From Macrostomum lignano (Eukaryota), in contig NIVC01003508.1 of the NCBI GenBank assembly GCA_002269645.1, forward strand, positions 1 through 51,914: 51,914 bases of DNA, read 5' to 3'. The position numbers and the translations under genes are program-made. Below, in pieces: positions 40,101 through 50,068 of the stretch. Position 1 is the first letter of the stretch, and the number at the start of each line of letters is the position of its first letter. Under the pieces are notes generated by a model. That model was not told the DNA's origin and did not search any database. It worked only from the letters and a program-made list of their open reading frames with translations.

Positions 40101-42827
40101 CAGATTCCCTTACTGGGATAGCAACCCTCCCAGATTCCCTTACTGGGATAGCAACCCTCCCAGATTCCCTTACTGGGATAGCAACCCTCCCAGATTCCCT
40201 TACTGGGATAGCAACCCTCCCAGATCCCAAACTGGAATAGCAGCCCTCCCAGATCCCAACTGGGATAGCAACCCTCCCAGATCCCAAACTGGGATAGCAG
40301 CCCTCCCAGATCCCAGCCAAAATCTCCGCTGTCCCGCAATTCCAGTGTTCCGAGGCCCCAGACCTGCGCTGGCAGGAGCCGCAGGATTTCAACAGCAGCA
40401 GCTCTGGTCAGCAGCAGCAGCTGAAGTGGGCGGTGCTGCTCACCTGTCCCGATGAGCACCTGCAGTCGGCGGAGCGCGAGTACGCGCACTGGCTGGTCAC
40501 CGACATCCCCGGCAGCGGCCGCGTGGCGGAGGGCCGCGTCCGCCTCCCCTACCTGCAGCCAATCCCGCCGCTGGGCACCGGCCTGCACCGCTACGCGCTG
40601 GTGCTCTTCGTGCAGTCCGCGCCTCTGGAGGACCAGCAGGAGAACCAACAGCTGGCCGGAGACCGACTGGCTGAGCGCGACTTCAGCACCGCTGAGTTCT
40701 ACCGGCGCCACCAGGACCGGCTGACCCCGGCCGGCCTCTGCTTCTTCCAGGCCGCCTGGGACCCGTCGGTGCGGACCGTCTACCGGCATCGGCTGACCGA
40801 CATGGGCGCCGAGCCCGTCTTCGAGTTCCGCTGGCCGGCGCCCTACAGACCGAAGATGCAGCAGTTCGCCTTTTCCGAGCCCTTCAATCTGTGAGCACCC
40901 TGGGGATTGAGAGATCTCGTCTCATTTGATCCACCTCATGTCTCATTTGATCCACCTCATGTCTCATTTGATCCACCTCATGTCTCATTTGATCCACCTC
41001 ATGTCTCATTTGATCCACCTCATGTCTCATTTGATCCACCTCATGTCTCATTTGATCCACCTCATGTCTCATTTGATCCACCTCATGTCTCATTTGATCC
41101 ACCTCATGTCTCATTTGATCCACCTCATGTCTCATTAGATTCACCTCATGTATCATTTGATCCAACTCATGTCTCATTAGATTCACCTCATGTCTCATTT
41201 GATCCAACTCATGTCTCATTAGATTCACCTCATGTCTCATTTGATCCAACTCATGTCTCATTTGATCCAACTCATGTCTCATTTGATCCAACTCATGTCT
41301 CATTAGATTCACCTCATGTCTCATTAGATTCACCTCATGTCTCATTAGATTCACCTCATGTCTCATTGGATGGATCTCATATCTCTTTGGATGCACCTCA
41401 TGTCTCATTAGATTCACCTCATGTCTCATTGGATGCATCTCATGTCTTGTTGGATGCATCTCATGTGTGGTGACACGGGGGGGATCCGGGTCGTTTCTCC
41501 CGGAGTTCGGGCTCGTGTTCTGACCCTCACTGCGGTCGCCCACCCACTCGCGTACGACGCGGAGTCGGGAGGGAAAAGCAGGCGGTTTGAGCAGCCCAAT
41601 TGCCCCAGCACGCGTACGACGCTCCAATCCCGCCTAGAGCCTAAGCAGCTAACCCCAAAGAACAACACGGCAAAAGGTCTCACGGTTTCGGTGGTGCGCA
41701 GTCTATTTCAGCGCAGTTTGAAACGCAGGCAGAAGCGCAGAGAACGAATGCTCGGGGTCGCACAGGAAAAGAGCGCAGGGTCGCAGAGAACAGGGGCTCG
41801 TACACGAACAGAGCACAGCACAGAAATAGGTTGTCGCTATTGGAAACGTAGCGCAAATTCAGTAGCAAAAGCCGGTGGGGCCGCAAGTCGAGACGGGCCA
41901 CAACACTTAACTAAAAACAACTCAGCAGGGGGCTCACCTAAATAGACCGGCGGAGCGGGGTGGGGCAGAGGGTAGCCACACATGCAGCTAAGAGAGGCCA
42001 ACCCCCCAACCAGCGCAAAGGAGGGGTGGGCTCAGCCAATCAGCCGGCGCCACGGCCCAAACAAACAGCGCGACTCCCCCAGCTAAGCCCAAAAACTGAC
42101 TGCACCCAGGCTCACCCAAACCCCAACGATAGCAGAGATAGACATATTGGTGGGCCGGTTTTCACCGGTACGCGCGAGAAAGTACACGTAAATAAACAAC
42201 ACGGGAAGGACCATGCGTCCTTTAAACGGCTGGGAGAGGAATACTCACTACACATGTCTCATTGGATGCATCTCATATCTCTTTGGATGCACCTCATGTC
42301 TCATTAGATTCACCTCATGTCTCATTGGATGCATCTCATATCTCTTTGGATGCACCTCATGTCTCATTTGATCCACCTCATGTCTCATTGGATGCATCTC
42401 ATATCTCTTTGGATGCACCTCATGTCTCATTAGATTCACCTCATGTCTCATTGGATGCATCTCATATCTCTTTGGATGCACCTCATGTCTCATTAGATCC
42501 ACCTCATGTCTCATTAGATGCATCTCATGTCTCATTTGATCCACCTCATTTCTCATTGAATCTCACTAGATGTACATTATTTCCTAGCTATACCTGGTCA
42601 TCCCACTCCACCCGCCCAGCTACCTGGACAAGTACCGGGACACCAAGGACATCGCCGAGGAGACCCTGAAGGAGAAGCTGAAGTCAGTGCACCCGTTCCT
42701 GGGCCGCCGCAGGCCGGAGTCCAAGTATCCCCTGGCGGTGCCGGCCGAGGGCTACCAGCCCAGCTGGCTGAAGGAGCGAGAGGCTCAGAAGATTCTGCGC
42801 CAAGGGCAGTGGCGCGACCTCGATTAG
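37165..42827 (+). CDS. MRPL38: Mitochondrial ribosomal protein mL38 (PEBP domain); join(37165..37455,37884..38144,40346..40890,42620..42827), 434 aa
   Basis: The N-terminus resembles a mitochondrial presequence (Arg/Leu/Ser-rich, no acidic residues: MRSSLIGLLRGLRPPAAQTRTPART). Conserved blocks include NIGLP, VDLDAVELAWE, GNVMTP, EHL..EREYAHWLVTDIPG, YLQPIPPLGTGLHRYALVLFVQ, TPAGLCFFQAAWD, EPVFEF and PFNL|YLDKYRD. Introns are GT-AG with phases 0,0,2, and the joined length of 1305 nt is divisible by 3. The start could instead be the ATG at 37138. Confidence 0.92.
37572..37718. repeat. 23-bp repeat CAGAAGCACATTAAACAGGCCGC, ~6 copies (mL38 intron 1)
   Basis: AAGCAC recurs at 37621 and 37644. Confidence 0.93.
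38176..38271 (+). ncRNA. SNORD16: C/D box snoRNA, U16/SNORD16-like, copy 1
   Basis: Box C TGATGA at 38189, guide CGTAATTTGCGC plus D' CTTA, C'-like TGCTGA, box D CTGA at 38258-38261, and a 9-bp terminal stem AGAGCAGTC/GGCTGCTCT. The guide is antisense to conserved 18S rRNA GCGCAAAUUAC. Confidence 0.8.
38315..38840. repeat. 31-bp minisatellite CAGATCTGGTCTTTGTCGGGATGTTACAATT (mL38 intron 2)
   Basis: ACAATT recurs at 38461 and 38492. Confidence 0.96.
38892..39000 (+). ncRNA. SNORD16: C/D box snoRNA, U16/SNORD16-like, copy 2
   Basis: GTGATGA-CGTAATTTGCGC-CTTA...TGCTGA...CTGA (38991-38994), with terminal stem CTGCG/CGCAG. Confidence 0.82.
39097..39205 (+). ncRNA. SNORD16: C/D box snoRNA, U16/SNORD16-like, copy 3
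   Basis: GTGATGA-CGTAATTTGCGC-CTTA...TGCTGA...CTGA (39196-39199), with terminal stem GCTGC/GCAGT. A recent paralog of copy 2. Confidence 0.82.
39235..39340 (+). ncRNA. SNORD16: C/D box snoRNA, U16/SNORD16-like, copy 4
   Basis: GTGATGA-TGTAATTTGCGC-CTTA, internal hairpin TGCAGC...GCTGCA, TGCTGA, CTGA (39332-39335), and terminal stem GGTCA/TGACT. Confidence 0.8.
39403..40313. repeat. 30-bp minisatellite CTGGGATAGCAACCCTCCCAGATTCCCTTA (mL38 intron 2)
   Basis: Direct periodicity; ends ~30 nt before the exon 3 acceptor. Confidence 0.97.
40917..41465. repeat. 21-bp minisatellite TCATTTGATCCACCTCATGTC, left part (mL38 intron 3)
   Basis: The overlying ORF repeats HVSFDPP (7 aa). Confidence 0.96.
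41466..42252 (+). mobile_element. 787-bp solo LTR (Ty3/Gypsy-like) inserted in the 21-bp minisatellite
   Basis: Termini TGTGGTGA...TCACTACA (TG..CA, imperfect 8-bp inverted repeat) are flanked by a 4-bp TSD, CATG (41462-41465 and 42253-42256). Removing the element restores the repeat unit. AATAAA at 42191 near the 3' end suggests plus orientation. Confidence 0.8.
42253..42560. repeat. 21-bp minisatellite, right part (mL38 intron 3)
   Basis: The same unit resumes after the LTR. Confidence 0.94.
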
Positions 42828-43189
42828 CAAAATTCTTTATAAAAATCCTTTGCTGACTACTCATTGCTTTGTCCAGCAGTATAAGTTGCGATGCAGCGTA
42901 GAAGATGGCATTTTGTCCAGTGTTTTAGCCACATGCATACCAGCAATTCACTGTGCTGTAGAGTTTCAAATACTAAAAATATTCGCTTCCATTGTCATGA
43001 ACTCAACCTGAGGCTCATTGACTGGAAATACACGTGTGCTCACCTGCAGCTTTGCTGTTGAGCCTTTAACTGCTTGTCGTCTCTGCTTGTCGTTTCATTT
43101 CAAAGTACATCTCTGTCCGATAAATAGCTGGCTGGAGTATTCGGTTAGTTAAGTAATTAGAGATTGATCAAACAAACCAGGATACCGTC

Positions 43190-43427
43190 ATTTGACTGTC
43201 AGTAACACTTGACTGTCAGTGACATTTGACTGTCAGTAACACTTGAATGTCAGTGACATTTGACTGTCAGTGACATTTGACTGTCAGTGACATTTGACTG
43301 TCAGTAACACTTGACTGTCAGTGACATTTGACTGTCAGTAACACTTGAATGTCAGTGACATTTGACTGTCAGTGACATTTGACTATCGGTGACACTTGAC
43401 TGTCGGTGACACTTGACTGTCAGTGAC
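43190..43427. repeat. 17-bp repeat GTGACATTTGACTGTCA, ~13 copies, between mL38 and eIF3j
   Basis: TGACTG recurs at 43261 and 43278. Confidence 0.93.
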
Positions 43428-43588
43428 TTTTTACGAGAGTTGGCATTTCAAGCCCTGCTTTAAGATCTCTTTTGTTTAGTATCCCTAAATTATCTATAGG
43501 AAAGTCATAGAGGCTGCCGGTAACTCCCAAAGCAGGTAGACAAATTATGCCTCCCCCCGACCCCGCAGCCGCACCAGCTGCAGTTCGC

Positions 43589-44359
43589 ATGGCCGACACC
43601 TGGGAGGACGAAGCCGAAACCCTGGAGGCCGGCGGGCCCTCGCTGATTCCGCTGTCGGTGCCGCCGAAGACGGACAAGTGGGAGGGCGAAGACGAGGACG
43701 AGGTGCCCGACGCCTGGGACGCCGAGCCGGCCGCGCCCGCGGCTGCCTCCGCCGCCTCAGCCGACAAGAAGCCGGCCGCCGCCGCGACCTCCACGAAGCC
43801 GAAGAAGGGCAAAAAAGCGCTGGCCGAGGCGCTGGAGAAGAAGAAAACCGAAGTCGAAGAGCGAAAAAAGCAGAGCGCTCCGGACTCAGCGGAGGCGGGC
43901 GGAGCCGCCGCCAAGAACCTGACAGCGGAGGAGCTGCGCAAGCTGCAGGAGGAGTCCGACCTGCTCATCACCAAGGACACCTTCGGGGTCAACGAAGCAG
44001 CTGCGGCTGCTGGCATCATCCCGGAGAAGTCAATCGACCTGCTGCAGCCGAGCGGCAAGGAGGACTTCGACAAGCTGGCCCGGCTGCTCTCCCAGAAGCT
44101 GCGCAGCCTGGAGACCTCGCCGCACTACCCGGGATTCATTGAAGGCGTCTACAGGGAGTGCGCGCTCGAGCTGGACCCCGAGTGCCTGCGCCGCCTCTCC
44201 ACTTCTTTTGGCGCGCTGGCGACTGAGAAACAAAAAATGCAAAAGACGGCTAAGGGCAAGCCGAAGAAGGCCAAGGGCACTGTGAAGGTCGAGCGGGACC
44301 CGGCGGCTCTCGACGGCGAGGGCTACGACGATTATGACGACTTTGACGACTTTATGTGA
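43589..44359 (+). CDS. EIF3J: Eukaryotic translation initiation factor 3 subunit J, single exon, 256 aa
   Basis: MADTWEDE start, DKWEGEDEDEVPDAWD, EELRKLQEESDL, KEDFDKL, and acidic C-terminus GYDDYDDFDDFM*. The ATG at 43589 is preceded by pyrimidine-rich AG acceptors (ccccgcag ends at 43568). Confidence 0.95.
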   Translation: MADTWEDEAETLEAGGPSLIPLSVPPKTDKWEGEDEDEVPDAWDAEPAAPAAASAASADKKPAAAATSTKPKKGKKALAEALEKKKTEVEERKKQSAPDSAEAGGAAAKNLTAEELRKLQEESDLLITKDTFGVNEAAAAAGIIPEKSIDLLQPSGKEDFDKLARLLSQKLRSLETSPHYPGFIEGVYRECALELDPECLRRLSTSFGALATEKQKMQKTAKGKPKKAKGTVKVERDPAALDGEGYDDYDDFDDFM

Positions 44360-44399
44360 CCCCCTGATCTCTCCGCTTGTGCCGAGTCCCTTTTGCATA

Positions 44400-44930
44400 G
44401 CAACTGGGGATTTCCTTTGTCGACTGAGGATTTCGCGCCAGCACTGGGGTTTTTTAGTCAAACACTCAAGAATCAATTTCCTTGGAAATTCCCTTGCTGA
44501 CTTGAGATTTCCCTTAGCAACTGTGGATTTTCCTTGCCAAATTGGGTTTCCCCTTGCCGACAGAGATTTCCCTTGACAACTGAGGAGGGATTTCCCTTGG
44601 AAACTGGGGAATGCCCTTTCCAACTAGGGATTCCCCTGTCCGAAAAGGATTTCCCGTGGCAACTGAAGGTTTTCCTTGGCAGCTGGGTTTTCCCTTGATA
44701 TCTGGGGATTCCTCTTTCCGTCAGGAATTTCCTTTGACAACTGGGGATTTTCCTTGCCGAAAATGATTTCCCTTGGAAACAGGGGGATTCCCTTTGCCGA
44801 AAGGGATTTCCTGTGACAACTGAGGGTTTACCTTGGCAACTGGGGATTCCTCTTTCCGTCAGGAATTTCCCTTGTCAACTGGGGATTCCTCTTTCTGTTG
44901 AGAATTTCCCTTGTCAACTGGGGATTTCCT
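44400..44930. repeat. Degenerate repeat built on CAACTGGGGATTTCCCTTG, downstream of eIF3j
   Basis: Recurrent CAACTGGGGATT(T)CC motifs with diverged spacers. Confidence 0.75.
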
Positions 44931-45764
44931 ACGAACCCGAAGATTTTCAGATCTGCAGTTTGAGATTTAGGGAAGCCTGAAGTAGTTGACTATATTTTTG
45001 CAGAATTTTTATTCTTGTCAAGTTTTGCAGTTTTTTCTCCTACTTAATTCGCGCCTGAGAAGTTCGGAATCCTGAGTCCCTGTATTTGATGAGATCCAGT
45101 TTAAACATCAGCTCATTCTAATTAGCATATGATAATGCATCTATCCAGAAGCTGTTATCAAGCCCTTTATTAGCTGAATTCTTATTTCGCGATTTGCCCC
45201 TTTGAACTGCCCAGTAGCCACCCTGTAATTGCTATTTTGTGCTATTTTGCGGCTTAAACATTGCTTATCAGTTCATTGTTATATGGAGCTGTCGGCTTTG
45301 CATCTTCCAATTCCGTGAGCAGGTTAAGTGTCCGCTTAATTGCCCAGGTGTGCATTCGGAGTCAGAGTTTCGGCTGGCTTAGAAATGCGCGCGCGCCCTT
45401 CTCCCATTCTCCGGTTTTGGCATCTAATGAGTTCTGCTTACCTTTGTTATTCTGACGATCTTATTTAAGTACATTTATTGTCGATCTTGGCCTCCGCCAG
45501 CCTGTCTGTGACCTGTGTTAGTTTATTTTTTTGTTTGATAATAAATCTTTGCTGTTGGCCTGCTATATTTTGTGTTCCGTCTGTTGTGTCCATGAGGCTA
45601 AAACAAGGCGCGCATCTCAGCCTCTCCTTGTTTGCGTCCGCGCCTTCCGTGTGCTCGCGCCGGGAATTCTGCCGTTTTTGCTGCCGATTAAAGAAAATAA
45701 AATGGTCCTCTCCCGGGCCGACTGGACTTCTGGTGTCTGCGCTTGTTTATTTATTAGCCAACCC

Positions 45765-46265
45765 AATATACACTCCCTGGCCACCGGCCCCGCCAACTCA
45801 ATATACACTCTCCCTGGCTATTCCACCAACCCCAATGTACACCCTCCCTTTCCATCCCCGTTAACCCAATGTGCACTCTCCCTGGCTATCCCCGCCAATC
45901 CAATGTACACTCTCTATGGCCAACCCCGCCAACCCAATGTACAGTCTCCCTTGCCATCCCGCCAACCCAATGTACAGTCTCCCTTGCCATATCCGCGAAC
46001 CCAATGTACAGTCTCCCTGGCCATCCTCGCCAGCCCAATATACACTCCCTGGAAACCGGCCCCGCCAACCCTAATGTACACTCTCTTTTACCACCCCGTA
46101 CCTAATGTACACTCTTCCTGGCTATCCTCATCAACCCCCATGTACACTCTCCATGGCCAACCCCAAGTACATCTTCACCACCCCCATAAACCAGATTGTA
46201 CACTCTCCATCACTACCCCCATAAACCCAATTTACTCTCCCTGGTCATCCCCGCCAACCCCAATT
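45765..46265. repeat. Degenerate ~36-bp C-rich repeat (CCAACCCAATGTACACTCTCCCTGG...) upstream of Tim13
   Basis: Recurrent AATGTACA(C/G)TCTCC cores. Confidence 0.78.
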
Positions 46266-46347
46266 TACTTGCTACTTCGGCATTCGCTCCGAAAGTCTCA
46301 ATTCCCCAGCTCAAATTGCAACGGACCCCCGCAGCTCCCCAGCCAGC

Positions 46348-46665
46348 ATGGACAGCCTCAGCTCCAGCGGTGTCGGCGGTGGCGGCGGGTCGGACTCCGA
46401 TAAGCGCCAAATCCTTGAACAGCTTCAGCAGCAGACGGCGCTGAACCTCATCCAGTCGCTGGTGAACACCTCCACGGAGAAGTGCTTCGAGAAGTGCGTG
46501 CCCAGCCCCGGCGGGGAGCTGGCCACCTCCGAGCAGAAGTGCGTGAGCATGTGCCTGGACAGGTACGTGGAGACCTGGAACATCGTCAGCAAAGTGTACG
46601 GCAGCCGCATCGCCAGGGAGAGCGGCGGCGGCGGCGGCGGCAGCAGCGGCATCTCCTTCCAGTGA
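46348..46665 (+). CDS. TIMM13: Mitochondrial intermembrane-space small Tim chaperone Tim13, 105 aa
   Basis: Twin CX3C motif CFEKC...CVSMC; TEKCFEKCVPSPGGELATSEQKCVSMCLDRYVETWNIVSKVYGSRI matches the Tim13 rather than the Tim8 pattern. Acceptor cccccgcag ends at 46334. Confidence 0.9.
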   Translation: MDSLSSSGVGGGGGSDSDKRQILEQLQQQTALNLIQSLVNTSTEKCFEKCVPSPGGELATSEQKCVSMCLDRYVETWNIVSKVYGSRIARESGGGGGGSSGISFQ

Positions 46666-46832
46666 AGGCACAGCAGTGCTTGCTGATGCTGGCTTCAGCA
46701 CTATTCAACACCTGTCTGTAGCTGCAGTCCTGTTTGTTGCACTTTTAGCTAGCTAAATTATGATTTTTACACTAATCCAATCAGTCTATTTTCGCATACC
46801 TGAAGATTGAGCGCTTCAGCGTGTAAAATATT

Positions 46833-46838
46833 AATAAA
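46833..46838 (+). terminator. Candidate polyadenylation signal AATAAA for Tim13
   Basis: AATAAA ~170 nt after the Tim13 stop codon. Confidence 0.45.
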
Positions 46839-48229
46839 TTTGATGCAGTCCAGGCTGTCCTGCGAAGCGAATTAAAAAAATCATGGCGCATTTGTTTCAA
46901 ATCTTTTCTCTTTATTAACTTCTGACTCGATTTAAGCCTTGGACAGCTGAACGCTGGCTACACTCGCTTAGAGCTGGAGGCCGGTAGGGAACTTGTCGCC
47001 AGTGCATTTAGCATGCTCTCGAGAAATTGGATTCTTCTTGCAAAACAAATCGATGACGCAGTGAACAAGTCATAATAAAGGATTATGGCAGATGCATGAG
47101 CATTCCATCTGCTTCCGATGACAAATCTAATCTAATGGTATCATTTGCCGGGCTACCCCAATGTAGCTTTTCCAAGGCAATGGTTGCTTGAACTGGCTTC
47201 CGACTGTAGCGGAAAACAGTTGAATGGATTCGGTGCCTGCCTATTCTGCTTGGCTGGGGCGAAGCTAGCTGATAAATATCGATTGTCGTTCTTGCTCTGC
47301 TCATAGTCAATTGTATTGTCAGCTTCCCGAGCTGCAGCTCAGTGGCGCGGAATAAAAATTGCTGCGATTCTGTTTAAGCTGAGGCAGAAATATTGCACTC
47401 TGGGCCGCGAATACCTGATACCACCGTAGCAGTAGCAGCTGCCTGAATTTTTTGTATTACAGCTCAGTGACTCGGAGTAATGTAAATAGCCGCGACTCTG
47501 TTTAAGCCAGAGCTGCGCGTTGCTTTGCTGCTCTGCATCAAGTCTCCGGGAGCTTGGCACTAAATCCCACGGGTCCTAACTGGTCTCAAGCCAAAGCTGC
47601 CAGAATGCTGCACGCCCTGCTTCTTCTTCTTCTTCTTCTTCGGGTCACGGACATTGTAGCTAGACGTAGCTAATGGGACCGGGTGCGTAGCACCATGCAG
47701 CCGGGGCGCTGACTCTGCGCGGGTGGGCACTGGCGGTAGACGGCGGAATCCAATTTGCGGCCTGCGGCGGGTGGCCAGAGAGCGTGGGGACCCGAGTCCC
47801 GGTGCGCAGGGCTCCTCCGCAGACCGACTTACGCTGTAAAAACCGCCATCCACCGCCAACCCAACAGTGGGGGACAGCTCCCCCAGGCTGCATACCCGGG
47901 GTGAGACCAATTCGTCACCCCGTCGATGGCAGGGACGCACGGAGCTCCTGGCCACATTGTCGGGGTGTCCAGGTGCGCGACGTGGACGCTGGTCTCATGC
48001 CACCCGCACGCCCTGCTGCTGCTGCTGCTGTGGGCGGCGCCTCCGCAGCTGCTGTCCGAGTCCTGCAGCTCCCCCAGAGCCGCTTTCCACCCAACCACTG
48101 GGCTGGACTGCGTGAGCTCCGACTTCTCGGACACTGTCCGGTCTGTGCTCACCGCTCGAGTGCAGCCACGCCTGCGCCTTGACTGCGGATGCGGGTCTAT
48201 TTGGCTATGACTATTTGAATTTCTCTATT

Positions 48230-48992
48230 TGATTTGCCATGATTCTCATTTTGATGCCATGATTCTCATTTTGATGCCATAATTCTCATTTTGATACCAT
48301 GATTCTCATTTTGATGCAGCTGACTTCTTCCCCACCGCCGGTGAGGAGGACCGCGCTGCAGGCGAGACCGACGGGTCCCCCTGAGCGACATCACTTCAAC
48401 GGAAGTCATTGGTCGCCAGGGGCTAGCGAAATGGGCGGTCTCCTCCGCCTCCTCGCTACATCCGCCGGACGCCCCCTGCAGCTAAGTCAAGTCTCATTTT
48501 GATGCCATGATTCTCATTATGATGCAATGATTCTCATTTTGGAGCCATGATTCTCATTTTGATGCCATGATTCTCATTTTGATGCCATGGTTCTCATTTT
48601 GATGCCATGATTCTCATTATGATGCCATGATTCTCATTATGATGCAATGATTCTCATTATGATGCAATGATTCTCATTTTGATGCCATGACTCTCATTTT
48701 GATGCCATGATTCTCATTTTGATGCCATGATTCTCATTTTGATGCCATGACTCTCATTTTGATGCCATGATTCTCATTATGATGCAATGATTCTCATTTT
48801 GATGCCATGACTCTCATTTTGATGCAATGACTCTCATTTTGATGCAATGATTCTCATATTGATGCCATGACTCTCATTTTGATGCCATGACTCTCATTTT
48901 GATGCAATGACTCTCATTTTGATGCAATGATTCTCATATTGATGCCATGATTCTCATTTTGATGCCATGGTTCTCATTTTGATGCCATGACT
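48230..48992. repeat. 20-bp minisatellite GATGCCATGATTCTCATTTT, split by a ~170-bp GC-rich unique segment (48319-48491)
   Basis: Direct periodicity on both sides of the unique segment. Confidence 0.94.
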
Positions 48993-49651
48993 CTACATAA
49001 ACATCCACTGAGAGCATCTAAACTGCATTACTATTTTATAAGTAGACGAATAATATTCTGTCGGCTGCTGAACTAAAGAAGCCAGCCCGATTTGCTCAAG
49101 AATGAAGCTAAGCCTCCGATATTTGCCACACCCCTTCCACTTGAGTTCCTCTGTATCTTTTAGTATCATCTTAATCTTCGAATTCCTCTCCCATGTCTTC
49201 TAGACGACCAAAGGCAGTTGCCATGGAAGCGCAGTGTCGAACAGCGGCTGGCTTTGACGACAGGATATGCATTAGCAAAGCTAGTTGACAGTGCGTCCTT
49301 CAAGCACCTTTTCGACTTTTGTCAGCTCCTTCGTGCAAAAGTTCTTCGAACGGCGAAAATTGCTGTCGGAATGTTCCTCGATGAAGTCACTGCGCACAAA
49401 GTGCAGGGAGGACATTCTCGAGTGCTTGGAAGGAAGGAACTATGTCCTTTCTTGAGTTGGCTTTCACCCACAAAGCTTCAAGAGCTCCATCTTTCGGAAA
49501 AGAATGAAATGTCAAAGAAATAAGAGTGAGATAAGAAGAAGGGGCATGCTAGGGTTGAGTTGAGTAAGTTGAGTCACACGAAGCCCAGGCTGTACACTGA
49601 AATCCCTAGAAGCCTTGCATGCGCAATCCAAGGATCTCTACAATTAGCAAT

Positions 49652-50068
49652 CTGGAGCGGAAGCGAGTTTTACCTCATGTCATGAGGCCACGCCAATTGT
49701 AAACATAAGGAGCCAGCACAGAATGTCTATGGCTCTGTCTATGCTAGTCTGGCCCATGGATGAATAATATAACTGGATCGCCAGAAGCTCGATTTTTTTG
49801 GTTCTAGCCATAGACAAGCACCATCATCACAAGAAGCTCAGAATGCCGTACTTTCACACATAGACAAATAGCCGCTGCAGAAGCTGCAAACCTTTATTTA
49901 TAAGTATACTTAGTAGGATAAGTGAAAATGTGTGAAAGTACGGCATTCTGAGCTTCTTGTGATGCTGGTGCTTGTCTATGGCTAGGACAAAAAAATCGAG
50001 CTTCTGGCGATCCAGTTATATTATTCATCCATGGTCTCGCCTCATGAGGTAACTCGCTTCCACTCCAG
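49652..50068. mobile_element. Foldback/MITE-like long inverted repeat
   Basis: Inner arms 49754-49861 and 49928-50034 (~108 bp, few mismatches) flank a 66-nt loop. Outer arms 49652-49688 and 50039-50068 also match. Confidence 0.7.

Noticed and set aside
44400-44930. Cluster of NF-kB consensus sites (GGGRNWYYCC) after eIF3j
   Set aside because: About five matches arise simply from the degenerate repeat unit. They lie downstream of a housekeeping gene with no independent evidence of function.
45086-45177. TTGATGA...CTGA pair as a C/D snoRNA (also GTGATGA at 25564 and 11102)
   Set aside because: No terminal stem, suitable spacing or recognisable rRNA-antisense element.
49218-49523. 101-aa ORF and interrupted minus-strand frames
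   Set aside because: No recognisable domain; possibly a decayed transposon fragment, but this cannot be supported without a database search.
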